Below are positions 39,571 to 52,782 of a stretch of DNA of 64,000 bases, piece after piece. The notes beneath the pieces are model-generated. The model saw only the letters and a program-made list of their open reading frames with translations, ran no database searches and had not been told where the DNA came from. Made by a program: the position numbers and the translations under genes. The stretch's first letter is position 1, and each line of letters opens with the position of its first letter. The stretch comes from Vicugna vicugna (taxonomy: Eukaryota). The stretch spans positions 2,451,599-2,515,598 of the forward strand of contig MU058584.1 of the NCBI GenBank assembly GCA_013265495.1, read 5' to 3'.

Positions 39571-41529
39571 CTGGACATTAATGAAAAGATGAGTCTTAAG
39601 TCTATATTGAGTTTATTTTCTTAGAGTTTTGTGGTACAACAGGCACTATGGAAGGTCTTTCAAAATGTTGTCTCATTTAATCCTTACAACAATGCTCCAA
39701 ATTATTACACTTGTAAAGGCAAGAAAAGCAACGCTCAAAGTGGCTGTGATTTTTCCAGGGTTCCTGGAGCAGGTGAGGGGGGGAGGACCAGCATGTGAAT
39801 GGCATCTGACTGGACTGAAAGTTACAGTCTTAACTGCCGTGCCATTCTGCTCCTGTGTTCTCACCTCCGTTGCATAATGGGCACATAGGTTTTATAGAAT
39901 AATGAACTGCCAGACCTGGAAAAAATTTAGTTATCATCTAATCGAGCTCCCTCATTTTTATAGTTGCCTCAAAGGAGTAAACAATTTGCCCAAGATCGTT
40001 TAGATATGTGCTTATATTTGTGATGGGCAGATATTTTCAGACTTTATGTTTTGAGCTATAAATGGTACTAAGTTTCACCCATCCTTCTTTTTCTCTGGGT
40101 TGTACCTCCAGTCGTGGGGGCTCTTTCCACCCAAATGTGGAGGGCGTACACTTTCCAATTCCCCTGATTCTGATGTGCTTCTTGGGAGAGCACTGAGGGT
40201 TACCATATCACTTGTTTTGAATATTTTCTCAGACGGAGATGATGTTCCAGTTGTACAGACCAGTGAGTGGCATTTTAACCACAGGAGCATCGTGAAAGGC
40301 TCTCTGTTAAATATCTACCCATCCCATTAAGGCTATTTATTGTGCTGTATCCAGAGCAACTAAACCCAAGTCTGTGTCTGTGCCCAAGACGTGAATAAAA
40401 ACAGGAAAAAAAATCGCAGCCATCCAGATGTTCTTTGGCAATGACAAACACCCAGACATTTGGAGACATCTGGATGACTGACTGACTTTCTCAGTTTTCA
40501 TCTGGAAGATGAAGATTCTGCAGACACAGCATGATTACAAGCTGGATGATAATAAACAAATCTTTGACAGTGTCCACAGGATTCCAAACATCTGGGTGCA
40601 AAACTGAAAAATCCAGCTAACTCTCCAAATGTTTGGCATCGTTTAAATGAAACATTGGACAGCAGGAGATGGGCAAAAGATCCCCCAAAAAGGAGGCAAG
40701 AAGTTCCCAAAACAAGCTTTGCCTACATAAAAAAGATAACTCATTTATATTCAACTTAAAGGGGAAACTGAGTCAGGAATAGTAAATTTCTTACCAGAAC
40801 CCACACTTGATCTCTCTTTTGTACACTGGTTTCTAAACCAAGTGAAGTGAAGGACCTTCCAGAATTGTACAGCCAGGGTCTGATCTGCTTGTGTAGCATA
40901 GGCACCCTTAGATGTCACAGCAGGAAGACTGTCCCTGTTTCTGTGGGATTTCTCAGTCCACCTAAGAAGACGAACAGCTACATCTGGGGCTTAACAGTTT
41001 GCCAACAGAGGGGAGGTGGCGTTTATCTCACCACCAGGGCGGGGGAAAAAGAGGGCGCCTTGAGTGTGAGGACGCTGGAAGATGAACCAGCTCAGGCTGC
41101 TGGTTCAAGGTCACTAAAGAACATGCTTTAGTGAGACAGGGAGACAAGGGTGTATCTCTTCAAAAGTGAATTTAGTTATATCTGTAACCGATGTAGGAAA
41201 GAAGCATTGCACTCACAGGCGGCGAGTAAAGGAAGTGTTGATGTCGGGGCTGAAAGAGCTGGTGTCCTTACAGGGAAATTTCCTTAAAGGGAAATCTTTC
41301 TGTTTGGGGCAGAAATGGTTCTTAGAGTGATGATGGCAAAAAAAAAAAAAAAGTGCCCTGGTGGTGAAAATTTCATCAGACAGGGTCTGTGTGGCTTTAA
41401 GGACAGTAGCAGAGATGGCAGTTTGGTGCCTGTTGGTGTAGAAGTCAGAGAGCTGTAGCATCTGTAGGATCTTGAACCAAAGTGTCAGCTGAGAATCAAA
41501 CCTTCCTCTGATTGTAACCTGAGCTCATG

Positions 41530-41583
41530 ATTTTTTCTTTTTCTTTCTTTTTTCTTTTCTTTGCTTTTCTTTCTTTCTTCCTT

Positions 41584-41631
<48 letters not shown>
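41530..41631. repeat. Polypyrimidine tract ending in ~T33
   Basis: About 100 nt of almost pure T/C ((TTTTC)n-like), ending in a T homopolymer at 41599-41631. Confidence 0.95.
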
Positions 41632-41635
<4 letters not shown>

Positions 41636-42586
41636 CTATGTTCTAAGAAGATAAGGATTTTGAGCCAAAGTAACTTTGAGGCGTCTTGACGTTGCTTTTC
41701 ATCTGGGTCGTGTTAAGGAAAATGGAATACAATTTGTACCTCCAAGCTGTCGTACTTGGGATGTTTACTTTCTGGCCATTTGCCTTGACATTATCTGGGA
41801 ACAAACGCTCTGCTAGATCATGAGGCCCAGAGTCCAATTTGCAGACCAAAAAAGGAGAAAGACGCTGGACTGAGAAATAACATTCACACAAAAACGTGGA
41901 AAACCGCAGACAATCAGTAATTTCACAGACAACCCAGAGTTGAGCTTCACTTGCCAAATAGCCCCAGAGTCCTTAGCAAATTGGAAAACCATTGTCCAAA
42001 AACCAAGATGCTTTTCTTAGAAAATGTCTGCCTCCTGATCAGCCACCAAAAGAGAAGGGAAGAAAGAACCCATCCCAGAGGTCCCTTTAGATTGTGTAAA
42101 CAGTAAAGGTCTGCATATATTCACCAGGGCCTTCATTCCATCATGCAGACAATATTTAAAACCAGATGCTGGCTCTCCTTGCCTCTTTGCTGGAAGAATT
42201 ACTGTCAACATGCATTGTTTTAGAGAGAAATGTAAGGCAAGGCAGTCTCCAAATTCTCTAATTAAAACAAGTTTTTTTTTCAAAGCTATATAAAATTTTC
42301 TGGATTTAACACTTTTATGACAGACACCCCTTAGGTTACAGAGAAATAACTTGAAAGTAATCGAAAAACACACCAAAAATGTATGTCTTCTAAGTAAGGA
42401 CCACTACAGTGTGACTTTAGGCAAATTGCTTCAGTTCTCTGAGCCTCACAGTTTCTCATCCATAAAATGAATGGTTTGAAATTCCATGATCCGTAAGGTC
42501 CCACCCAGCTCTACAGGTCACTAAAATTATTTTCTGTCATGTGGGGAGCAGAAGTACATGGGAGCTCTCTGTACTTTCTGCTCAAC

Positions 42587-43135
42587 AGTTTTTTAAAATT
42601 ATTTTTTTAAATGAAGTATAGTTACTGTACAACATTTATATAAGTTACAGGCATACAATAAAGTCACTTACAATTTTTAAAGGTTATATTCCATTTATAG
42701 TTATTATAAACTACTGGCTATATTCCCCATGTTGTACAATACATCTCTGTTGCTTATCCTGTACCTGATAGCTCACACCTCCTACTCCTCCACCTATGTT
42801 TTGTCCCTCCTCCTTTCCTCTCCCCACTGGTAACCACAAGTTTGTTCTCCATATCTGTGAGTCGGCTTTTTTTTATGGTCATGTTCACTAGTCGGATGCA
42901 TTTTTTGGATTCCACATATAAGTGAGATCATACAATATTCGTCTTTCTCCATCCGACTTATTGCACATAGCATCTTGTCCTCCAAGTCCATCCATGTTGC
43001 TGCAAATGGCAAAATTTTATTCTCTTTATGGCTGAGTGGTATTCCATTGTATTTATATCCCACGTCTTCTTTATCCAAACATCTGTTGATGGACACTTAG
43101 GTTACTTTCATGTTCTTGGCAATTGCTCATAATGC
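42587..43135 (-). mobile_element. 5'-truncated L1 inserted in an older L1M 3' tip
   Basis: ORF 42794-43096 contains ILPFAATWMDLE…MISLICGI. 11-bp TSD ttctgctcaac at 42576-42586 and 43136-43146. Confidence 0.9.
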
Positions 43136-43194
43136 TTCTGCTCAACTTTTTTGTAAATCTACAACTAGCTGAAAAAAATAGTCTTAAAAAATTC

Positions 43195-43425
43195 GTAAGC
43201 TTAGTCTAAATATCAGACAAACCCAAACTGAGGAACATACCTCAGACCACTTGACCAGCACTTTTAAAAATGTCAAAGCCATTAAAACCAAGGAATGGTG
43301 AAAAACTATCACAGCTTGGAGAGATTAATGAGACATGATGACTAACTACAATATCTCCTGGATTGGATCCTGGAACAGAAAAATGACAGTATAGGAAAAA
43401 CTGTTTAAATCTGAATAAAGCCTAT
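43195..43425 (+). mobile_element. Old L1 (L1MC-type) 3'UTR fragment
   Basis: atcagacaaacccaaactgagg…ctggattggatcctggaacagaaaaa…atctgaataaag. Confidence 0.75.
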
Positions 43426-44966
43426 TGTCAAAAAACCAGTAATAACCAACCAAATAAATACTGCATCAACCTCCAGTTAAAAAGTAAGACAAGCCATTTT
43501 GAAAATTTAGGTATGTAGAAAAATATGTGAATAGCCTTTAATATAATTATTCCTATATAACTACTTTTAATCTTTTGGTGATTTCTCTCACACAAAAAAT
43601 GTATACTCTACACAGTTAGGATCATAATAAGAATGAAATGTGGAATCTTTTTTGCCATTTACATAAGTCACAAATATTTTATCCTTTATCCAAACTTATC
43701 AAAAAATTTTAACCTCTTTGAAATACTTCTACGCTAGGATTTTAATATCATTTTGTCTCTGTATATTTCTGTTCTTTAGTTATTAAAGAAATATGTATTT
43801 TTTTCTGTTGAGTGGAAATCCTGGCCATTACTAACATTATCTCCCCTTGATGCTGCATTCAAATTCTGTGTGTGGCTCTGTAAGGAGAATGGAGTGCAAA
43901 GGAAATGGGACAAATACAGGATTAGTGTTCTTGCTTTCCGAAAATCTAAACAGCAAACACCTTCACTTAGAGAACATGGAAATTAATAGTTTCTCTGTTT
44001 TACTGTTGTTTCTTAATCTAAAAGTATTTTTCACAAAATCGCTTTTAATGACTCATTCCCAGCAGAATCCAAATCTCATATCCCATTTACTAAAATTTAA
44101 TTGACACAGCTACTGTGTTTGACAAAGTCTCCTTACAAGGGCAAAGCATGAAGATTCCCTAAAAATGGAGTAGTTGGCAGAGGGTACAAATTACAAGAGA
44201 CGTTGTAGAGGAATCTCACAGTAGAGGGGTCTCGTAGAAGATGGTATTGCAAGGACCTTTCCAGCCAATATTCCTTTTCTTTGAAACCATTGCATGTACA
44301 AGTGTGAGTCCAGTTGGCCATGTTGGGTGGATGATTTGATCTTCACTGAGAACCTGTTTCAAAATAAGCCAATCAACAGACATACAGACCAATGGAACAG
44401 AATAGAGGGCCCTCTGAGGCCTTAGGGCCAGTGGTAACCCTGTGACAGGGCCAGCTGTGCGTCGCCACCCCCATGCCCAGGCCAGTTCAACATCTACCTC
44501 CACCCGTTGAACAGAGCATCCTTCCCAAGGCCCAACCCTCACATAAAAAATTTTTCATACCAGTTTCCTAATCTTAATTCTTTTGCTTAAATAATTTCAA
44601 CGTAGGCCAGAATTTCCCAAAATATATTCTGGGGGAAGTTTATCCTATATGATAAATATCACACACACACACACAGATCTGCAAAGCAGCATACTCTTAT
44701 TTCCCTCTTCGAGATTAAAAGCAGACATTGGCATGTGAAAGGCTCTGAAAAGTCCTGCAGTAGAGAAACCTGGTTGACTCAGAGAATGTGTCTTCACTCT
44801 GTTTCCCGAATCAAAAGAGAAAAAATTTCTTTGCTTCTTTCTTTTTTTAATGTATATACATAAAGGTTATTGCTGAACTTTCCCATAACTTTATAGAATT
44901 TTTTTTAAAGAACACTGAAATTTCACAAATTATTGGGAGCCCAACAGTTAAACATACTCTATTTTA

Positions 44967-45286
44967 TTTTATTTTTTTAAACATTTTTTTATTGACTTAT
45001 AATCATTTTACAATGTTGTGTCAAATTCCAGTGTTCAGCACAATTTTTCAGTCATTCATGGACATATACACACTCATTGTCACATTTTTTTTTCTGTGAG
45101 TTATCATAGCGTTTTGTGTATATTTCCCTGTGCTATACAGTGTAATCTTGTTTATCTATTCTACAATTTTGAAATCCCAGTCTATCCCTTCCCACCCTCC
45201 ACCCCCCTGGTAACCACAAGTCTATATTCTCTGTCTGTGAGTCTATTTCTGTCCTGTATTTATGCTTTGTTTTTGTTTGTCTGTTT
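44967..45286 (-). mobile_element. Young L1 3'UTR-only insertion
   Basis: Near-identical to the 3'UTR at 12628-12900. Perfect 20-bp TSD gttaaacatactctatttta at 44947-44966 and 45287-45306. Confidence 0.95.
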
Positions 45287-45615
45287 GTTAAACATACTCT
45301 ATTTTAAAAAGTACAAAAGTGACACTAGAAATATTTTTTGAGGAAATATGTACCACCCAACCAATTCTTTTCTACTTAAGACACGTCCCTGGATCTCCCT
45401 TCTCTTCTATCCACTGAGTTTCTGTTACTTATGCATTAAATTAAATGGCATTGAGACCACATCTTAGGCACTTCCGTCTCCCATGTGCATACAATGGGCG
45501 GTCAATCAATGTTTATTGAATGAACAGATGAAAACATTGTCACAAGAGAAATTTTTTTACAAGAGGACCATTTTTAAATGTTGAAATCAGCCAGCTTTTT
45601 GGTGTTTAATATTCC

Positions 45616-45619
<4 letters not shown>

Positions 45620-45670
<51 letters not shown>
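45620..45670. repeat. (TG)25 microsatellite
   Basis: Uninterrupted TG dinucleotide run. Confidence 0.98.
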
Positions 45671-45672
<2 letters not shown>

Positions 45673-48494
45673 TCACAACCTGTGTGTCTTGGTGACTAAC
45701 TGTCCAAGTGATGAGGCCACCTTTTCCCAGAGGCTCTCAGCGGCTGTAGCCCCCGTGGTCCTCATTAGCAGAGGAGGCTGAAACCTACCCGCTCCCTCTC
45801 ATCCCAGCTTGTGCGCTGTCAGGGCTTATCAGAATCTTCCTTGCTCAACTCACGGGCAATCATTATTCGAGAACCTGAGATAGGAAGGCAGTAGATTTTA
45901 TGTGATTAGCCGCTGAGATAAACATTAATTAGTTTTCAATTTCCATAAAGTACCCCACTGACAGCAAGATTTGTTAAGTCAGTTAATGGCTGTAGATGAT
46001 TGTTCCAAAATTGGGATGGGGAGGGAAAAGAGCTTCGAAGACAAGGGCTGGAGAGGAGTGAACACGAAGCAGGCAGCACATAATATATTATGAAAATAGA
46101 TGAAAATGGTAGCAAATGAATCACCTCCCGACCTTACAGCTGACAATCATTAGGAAAAGCGGGACTGGGGGTTGGGAAAAGGTAAGAGGCATTAAGTGGG
46201 TGTCAGGCCAGGCGTTTTTATTGCTTGGCCCGGCAAGAAAAAATATAATTGAGTCCCAAACCCAAGAACTGGGACATGTGTGATGGCATTACTACTAAAC
46301 CCAAACCCCGATGCCAAGTCAGACGTGGACCCCGTTTTGCTTTAGTCCCATCCAGAAAGAGGAAAAAGTCTCTCATTGTTTTCTTAGAGCAGGGAGCATT
46401 GCTTGAGATAAGCAAGAACAAAAGGAGAAGGGAGGGAAGGATACGGGGCAGGTTTTACTTCTCCCGGAGACCACAGCGACTAGAATCATGGGTTTGGACA
46501 TGAGAAACTTTGCATTTCTTCTCTACCCCACATTTATGGGCTTGAGCAAGTCTCATAAGCTCCCTGAGCCCTAGTTTTATCTTTTGGAAAAGGAGGGTGG
46601 TATTTGTACCCACTTTGTGAGGTTATATCGAAGACTAAAAGAAATAATGTGCATGATGCCCTTTGTGCTGTACCCGCATGTGGGAAGTGTTCCACGCACA
46701 TTTGCTAATACTATGGCTGTTGTGGGCGAAGCCAGTTTACCAAAGGACAAGTACCTCAACGCCACTGGTGATTAAGTTCCAAAGTTTGCTAATTGCCAGA
46801 GCCCTGGGTGCTGCTGTTGGTACTTCTAAATGCCAAAGGCAGCAGAGAGTCTTGCCAGACACAGAGCGAAACTCTACAGGCAGACTCCAAGCCCAGGACT
46901 CCTACACTAATGACTATACCCCACTCACGCCCACCTCCCAGTCAGTTCGCTGTACCCAGTAAGGGAGATACTGTCAGGTCTCCTGAAGACACTTATCCTC
47001 TCTACTTCCGGGTTTAGGCGGTCAAGACCTGCCCCCTGCAATTCCTTTTTTCCCATCCAGTGTAATGGAATAAATGTGTGTGCAAGAAAGATGCCACAAT
47101 TGACCCTTTTTTGTTCCCAACTCAGTGTTCCCTGCAGCACCATCCTCCCTCCCACAGCCGGCTGGTCAGATCCACCCTCTACTCTTAGTGTCCAAAAGCC
47201 AGGCTCCAAAGTTTGATCACGGTACTCAAACATGGCAGCAACCTTTTAGCCCCACAATACAATTGCTTGCAAAAAGCTCTAGCTGCCTCACTTTAGTTTT
47301 TCCAAAGTGTGTTCCTGAGGGAGCTCAGGAATCGAGGGAGCCGGGTCAGAGTCGGTGTGGCTGCTCTGATACCAAGTTATCCAGAGGAAATACCATGTCT
47401 TCAGTACAAAGGATTCTGTTCAATCTACCCCCAGCATTTCCTACCTTCGCTGATCCCGTGTGGAAGCATGAAACCCAGAGCGATTTTTATCAGGAACACC
47501 TCAGTTACTCCAGCTCTTCTGTTCTAGGATCGCACCAGGAGTTGGGAGCCAATGCTAACCTATTATGGTTTCTTAAGAATATGTGCTTTCAAAGTCTGGG
47601 TTCAGCATACGCACATCAGAGGGCTGAGTAAGTAAGTGTAGGGCCACAGGGAGAAAAGGTAAATTAGAGACTCTGCTGCTTTCCTTGAAAAACAAAAACA
47701 AGAAAAGAAAAGGAGGGTGGGAGGGAATATCATCTCACTAAATTGTTAGAAAAATTAGAGGCTGTGATTGGAAAGAATAACGTATAAGGGGAAAAAATTC
47801 TTCATGGTAATTTTTTAAGTCCTTACATTTAGGTGTTTGATTTTTAAAGGTGAAATTTACAAATAAGCAAGAAATCAGTATGATGCTTGGGGTTAGAACG
47901 CAGCTCGCTTTTCCAGGAACAAGATGATATCTGGAAATATTCACGTCTTTCTTTCTTTCTTTTTAACACAAAGAATAAAAAGCACACGAGGCAGCTAGAG
48001 GTGGATTGACAGTGACATTTCTTTAATGGTTTGAATAAAGCAATTTCTTCCCAGCTCACAGTACCTGAACAGGCAACCACAACAGCAGGGTAGTTTCCCT
48101 TCTAATTCTGTTGCAGAAACATCCATTAAAGATAAATCACCATACAAATTATATATATTTAATTTGGTAGACATTTCTTGAAGAAAAGGAACTTCATACC
48201 ATTTTCAGACTTAACCTCTCCCTCCTCACCACCACTTCTCCTGTTCTGTTTTTGAAGAGAGAAGGCAACGTAACTGCATAATGATCCATCAAGTCAATGC
48301 ACCCAGGGATACACATCACACAGTACAATGAAACCTCATTAGACCGACTTGGCATTCAGTGGTGCCCTATACACAGCATTTAGATTCAAAAGTCCGTCTC
48401 AAATCCCAGAGGTCTGGTCCTCACAGCAACATTGTCTGGAAAATTCATGCTGAATCCTTCATTACCTTGAATTATTTAGGTTACAGGTAGGTTG

Positions 48495-48975
48495 GTATAA
48501 TTGGGGAAATAAACCAATACCATGCCAAAGAGATTAAGCAAAGGCTATTTATTTAGAGCTTGCCCTAGCAAGGGAGTCAGCCACCATCATGCGTTTGGCA
48601 GTGACTCACACGGAGGCAGAAGAGTGGGGACACTTTTATAGCAGGAAGAATGAGAAAGCTTCAGCTATGCCCTGATTGGAGGCTGTTGGCATGGGAGCAC
48701 TGTAAGCGAGCTAACTAGAAGAGGGCATCTAATGTGAGTAATCTGGGGTGCATATTTGTTCTTTTCCAGTTGGTCCTAAGGTGGAAGTGGAGGCAAAGAT
48801 CGGGACAGCTGTCTATGAATCAAATCCTGGTTGTTTGGGGCTGAGTGCTACAGCTCTTGTCTGGCTTCCTGGATGGGCTACTGCAGATAATAGGCTGGCT
48901 TTCTGGACTGGTTACTGCAGACTGTGGACCAGGGTTCTGTTTTTGCATATAGCCTGGTCATTTTCCTTTTGTATA
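48495..48975 (-). mobile_element. Probable ERV solo LTR
   Basis: Minus-strand order is CCAAT (gattgg), TATAAAA (ttttata), then AATAAA (tttatt ~48548), matching U3-R-U5 layout. Family not assigned. Confidence 0.55.
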
Positions 48976-49164
48976 TTAAGTAATGTTCTCTGTGCCTGTT
49001 GTTGGCTTTCCTTTGTCGTGTATAACTTGAGTATTTAAAAAAATTAGGTTCATTGCCCTTTTACACGTCACTTTATTTCTTGACCTCTATACTGCCCCCA
49101 GTGGTTCTAGTCCTTGGTTTTACTTTAATGACCTCGTAAGCAGTTCCCTCACAGGTGGAGAAAG

Positions 49165-49570
49165 CATTCATTCATTCAGCAAATACGTATTGAGAAGTTA
49201 CCATGTGCTCTGTTCTCAGGGTAGAGATATATTAGTGAACAAGACAAGATTCCTGCTCATATTCTAAAGGGATTCTAAAAAGAGAGGGAGATGATAAACA
49301 GATGATGACTAACAAAGCAAAGTTAAATAGTGAAAAGTGCTGGGCTGAGGTCACTGGGAAGACATTTTAGCTGAAATTGGAATGGCAAATATCAGAAGGA
49401 ACAATATCCCAGAGAGAGGGACCAGGTGGGGCAAAAGTTCAAAGATGAGGAAAAGTTGGCATGTTCAAGGATTTCAAAGGCCTGTGTATCTGTAGCACAG
49501 TGGTCTGGGGAGAGTAGTGAGAGAGGAAAAGAGAGAAATAAGAAAGGACCAGAGCACGTGAGGTTTTTAA
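49165..49570 (-). mobile_element. LINE-2 3' end
   Basis: cattcattcattcagcaaatacgtattgag… is an antisense L2 terminus. Confidence 0.75.
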
Positions 49571-49574
49571 CAAG

Positions 49575-49772
49575 TTCTATGTGTCTATTTTTGTGCCAGT
49601 ACCATACTGTTTTGATCACTGTAGCTTTGTAGTATAGTTTGAAGTCAGGCAGCATACCCTTAGCTTTGTTCTACTTTCTTAAGATTGCTTCAGCTCTCAG
49701 GGTCTTTTGTGTTTCCAAACAAATTTTAGAATTAAATTTTTTCAGTTCTGTGAAAAAATGCCACTGGTATTT
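49575..49772 (-). mobile_element. Internal L1 ORF2 fragment
   Basis: ORF 49392-49655 begins [25 protein letters not shown]. Confidence 0.9.
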
Positions 49773-49774
49773 GT

Positions 49775-52552
49775 AAAGACATAGAAGGGGCTACAAACTT
49801 TGAAACCCCAAATCCCTTAACTTCCCCTGTCTGAGGAGGCAGCTCCTCTCCTCACCCTCTCCCATCTCACCCTTCTATAAATAAAAGACTTCCCATGCCT
49901 GTACCTTGGGCCCTTGTCCCACAAGATGATGCCAGTTCGCCTCAGTCCCATCACCACCTCCATCTCCCATTGCCTCCAGTTAGAGACCAGAAGCTCCTTG
50001 AGGAGACAAGAATGGTAAGACCTTCCCGAACAGGGGCAGGGGAAGCCTAAGGAATGTTTAAAAACTGATTTCATTGACTTAAATGGACTGTACCAAAAGT
50101 TAGGATTTAGTGTTTGGGCCAAACAGAACTTATAATCATAAATTGGGAGTTCAAGATTTGCGGATACTAGCTAGTATATATAAAATAGATAAACAGCAAG
50201 ATTCTACCGTACAGCACAGGGAACTATACTCAATGTCTTGTAATGGCCTATAATGAAAAAGAATATATGTATATATATATATATCTGAATCACTGTGCTG
50301 TATACCAGAAATTAACACAACATTGTAAACTGACCCTAATTTTTTTTAAAAAACCCTATAATCAACAATAGCCTTGAATTAATACGATCAAAATGCCAGA
50401 ATTTCTCTAAGTTCTGTAGAGGAATGTGTCTGAACGCTCAGTAAATGGGAATGTTGGCATGGCTCCATTATGTGCACTCCGCGCAGAATTCCCTAAATAT
50501 ATTCATTCTTGCCCATCTCCACCCCAGCACAGGAGGACCCAGGATCCTCATACAGCCTTCACAGAGGAATTAAGAGATGCACTGGTGAGAGGGGCACCAG
50601 CCTGGCTGAAGGCTCCTGCAGTGGCTGTTCTCCACAGGCTAGAGAAGATGGTGGGGGATGCTGCAATAGATTTGGGTTCCGTGATTGCCATGGCACTAAT
50701 GGGACCCTGCCCTGGTACAGGTCAGGTGGTGTCACTCACCCATCAGAGACCAGGAGGGCAATCACTACCACAGACCACAACACTGAAATGATAATCAGAA
50801 ATGTTTTGATGTCTGCGGATACTGCACTGTATCCCCATCGTGGAGTGGCCCTGAGAGGCCCTGGGAGGCCATGGCAAGGGGACATCTCACAGTAGGGCAG
50901 AACTGTATGCTGCGTATCCTATCACACACTGTTTATGAAAGAAGAGACAGACTGAGTTAAATGTCTATGCTAATTCGTGGACAGTGACTAATGGATGGGC
51001 CAGCGGATCAGGAATTTGGAAAGGACAAAATTGGAAAACTGGTGGGAAGAATTATTTAAATAGAACTTTGATAAGAGAGAATCATGAGATTTATACTGCT
51101 ATGTGCCCACTGGAGGGCACCCACAGCTAAGGACAAGGTAACCCGTCTTGAAGATGCCAATCCGATTCTTTCCTCAGCCCCCACAGCCATCTCACAGACT
51201 CAGGGACAAAGTGGCCATGGAAGCGTGGAGGAAAACTCTGCAAAGGCTCAAAACCATGGCCTTTCTCCAGCGATTACTGTCTGGTTGCCATCTTACGGTT
51301 GAGGGAGCAATTTGCCACCAGCAGAGGCCCAATGTGGTACCATTTCCCAGAAGGTCCCGTCAGCTTCCTGTTTGGTTACACTGAATCCTGCTTGTTGTAA
51401 AGTTAGGTAACACCTTGTCCTCACAGGAATAGACTTTTGCTTTTTCTACCTGAAGTGTTTCCATCATTACCATTATTTGTGGACTTCAAAATGCCTCACC
51501 CATCATTATGGTAGCTCACACAACAGTGCCCCGTTACAGCAGATGTATTTTATAAAAGCGTGACATATTTTATAACCACAGAATTCAGTGGTTTTATCAA
51601 AGGCCCCAACTTCCAGAGGCAGCGGGCTTGATAAAGCAGTGGCCTGGTCTTCTGAAGTTTCAGTTAGGGTCCCGGAAGAGAGAGAACATTCTGCACAACT
51701 GGGGGACTATTTTTCAAATGTCAGATTTGAAAACCTATACCACTTGCCCACTGTTAGGATGTATAGATTCAGGAGCCAAGAACTAGAACTGGGAGAGGCT
51801 TCTCTCACTGTAAGATCTAATCATCTACTGGAAGAATTTTCCTTCCTGTTCCTATGAACCTCGGTTATGTTTTTGGAGGTTTTAAACCGGGGATCGAAAG
51901 TTTCCACCAGCGAACCAAGTCATCCTTCATATGAATTGGAATTAAAGTCTGCCCTCTCCCCATTTGGGGTCCCTCAGACCTTCAAACTAACAGCCAGAGA
52001 AGGGGAGGTCACTGTACAGGGTGGGATGCTTAATCCCAATTATCAGGGAGAAATTTGGTTACTCTTCTGCAAAAGCAGTAAGAAAGAGCACCTTGAGAAC
52101 ACACGGAATTCACTGGATTGCTTTTTAGTATTTCTTTTCCCAAAACCCTGGTCAATAGACACCTGTGGCAAACAAGTAAAAGATCTGACCATCAAGAATG
52201 CAAAATCTGCAGAAATGGACATTTAATGATCCCTGCAAAGTAAAAACCCCTACCCACCTGAGATGCTGGCAAAGCTAAGGGGAATAAGGAATTTGTGTTG
52301 GAGGAAGGCTGCTGGGAATACCAACTTTCGCCTCAGGATGCCACAGAGGCAGAGAGCATAGCTTTTTTATGTTTCTTGTTTTCTTTCTCCTTATTTTTCC
52401 CCTTATGGTCTCAAATGAAGAACCCCACTGTGGCTAATGTTTAAAGTTTCAGGGAGAGTGTGATTAATCTGACTTCCGCAATGATGCAGACGTTACTGAT
52501 GGGATTTTCTGAGTCCTCTGTTTGTGAAGTTAAGGAGGGAAAGGAGACGGAG
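49775..52552 (+). mobile_element. Degenerate ERV-L internal region (gag - RNaseH - integrase - dUTPase)
   Basis: Gag in ORF 50426 (FTEELRDALVRGAPAWLK…GDAAIDLGS…GQVVSL). RNaseH- and IN-like text at ~50850-51750 (VLTGID). dUTPase-like ORF 51867 (GEVTVQGGMLNPNYQGEIWLL). Polypurine tract aaggagggaaaggagacggag precedes the LTR. Confidence 0.85.
50140..50352 (+). mobile_element. L1 3'UTR tip inserted in ERV-L gag
   Basis: cagcacagggaactatactcaat…gaatcactgtgctgtataccagaaattaacacaacattgtaaa, flanked by tataatca on both sides. Confidence 0.85.
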
Positions 52553-52647
52553 TGTGTTGAACATCATCAGTGTACGTACCCAGGCGAGCAGCCATCTTTC
52601 TCTACCCTGTCGCTCCCATAGCAGTCTCACCTGTAAGTCCCAAAGCA

Positions 52648-52782
52648 GGGGAGGGTATAGCTCAGCAGTAGACTGTGTGCCTAGCAAGCTCAAGCCACCC
52701 CCCGAAAAAAGAACATATACATATGTGCTGTATTCCAATTATATCTCAATAAAATGAGAAGGAAAAAAATAATTTAAAAAAA
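52648..52782 (+). mobile_element. tRNA-derived SINE head joined to an L1-like 3' tip
   Basis: ggggagggtatagctcag A-box head. Probable TSD tgtaagtc(c/g)caaa at 52632-52644 and 52792-52804. Confidence 0.75.

Noticed and set aside
47125..47631. 168-aa ORF, the longest in the window
   Set aside because: Non-ATG start and no recognisable domain. The length is compatible with chance in 64 kb over six frames.
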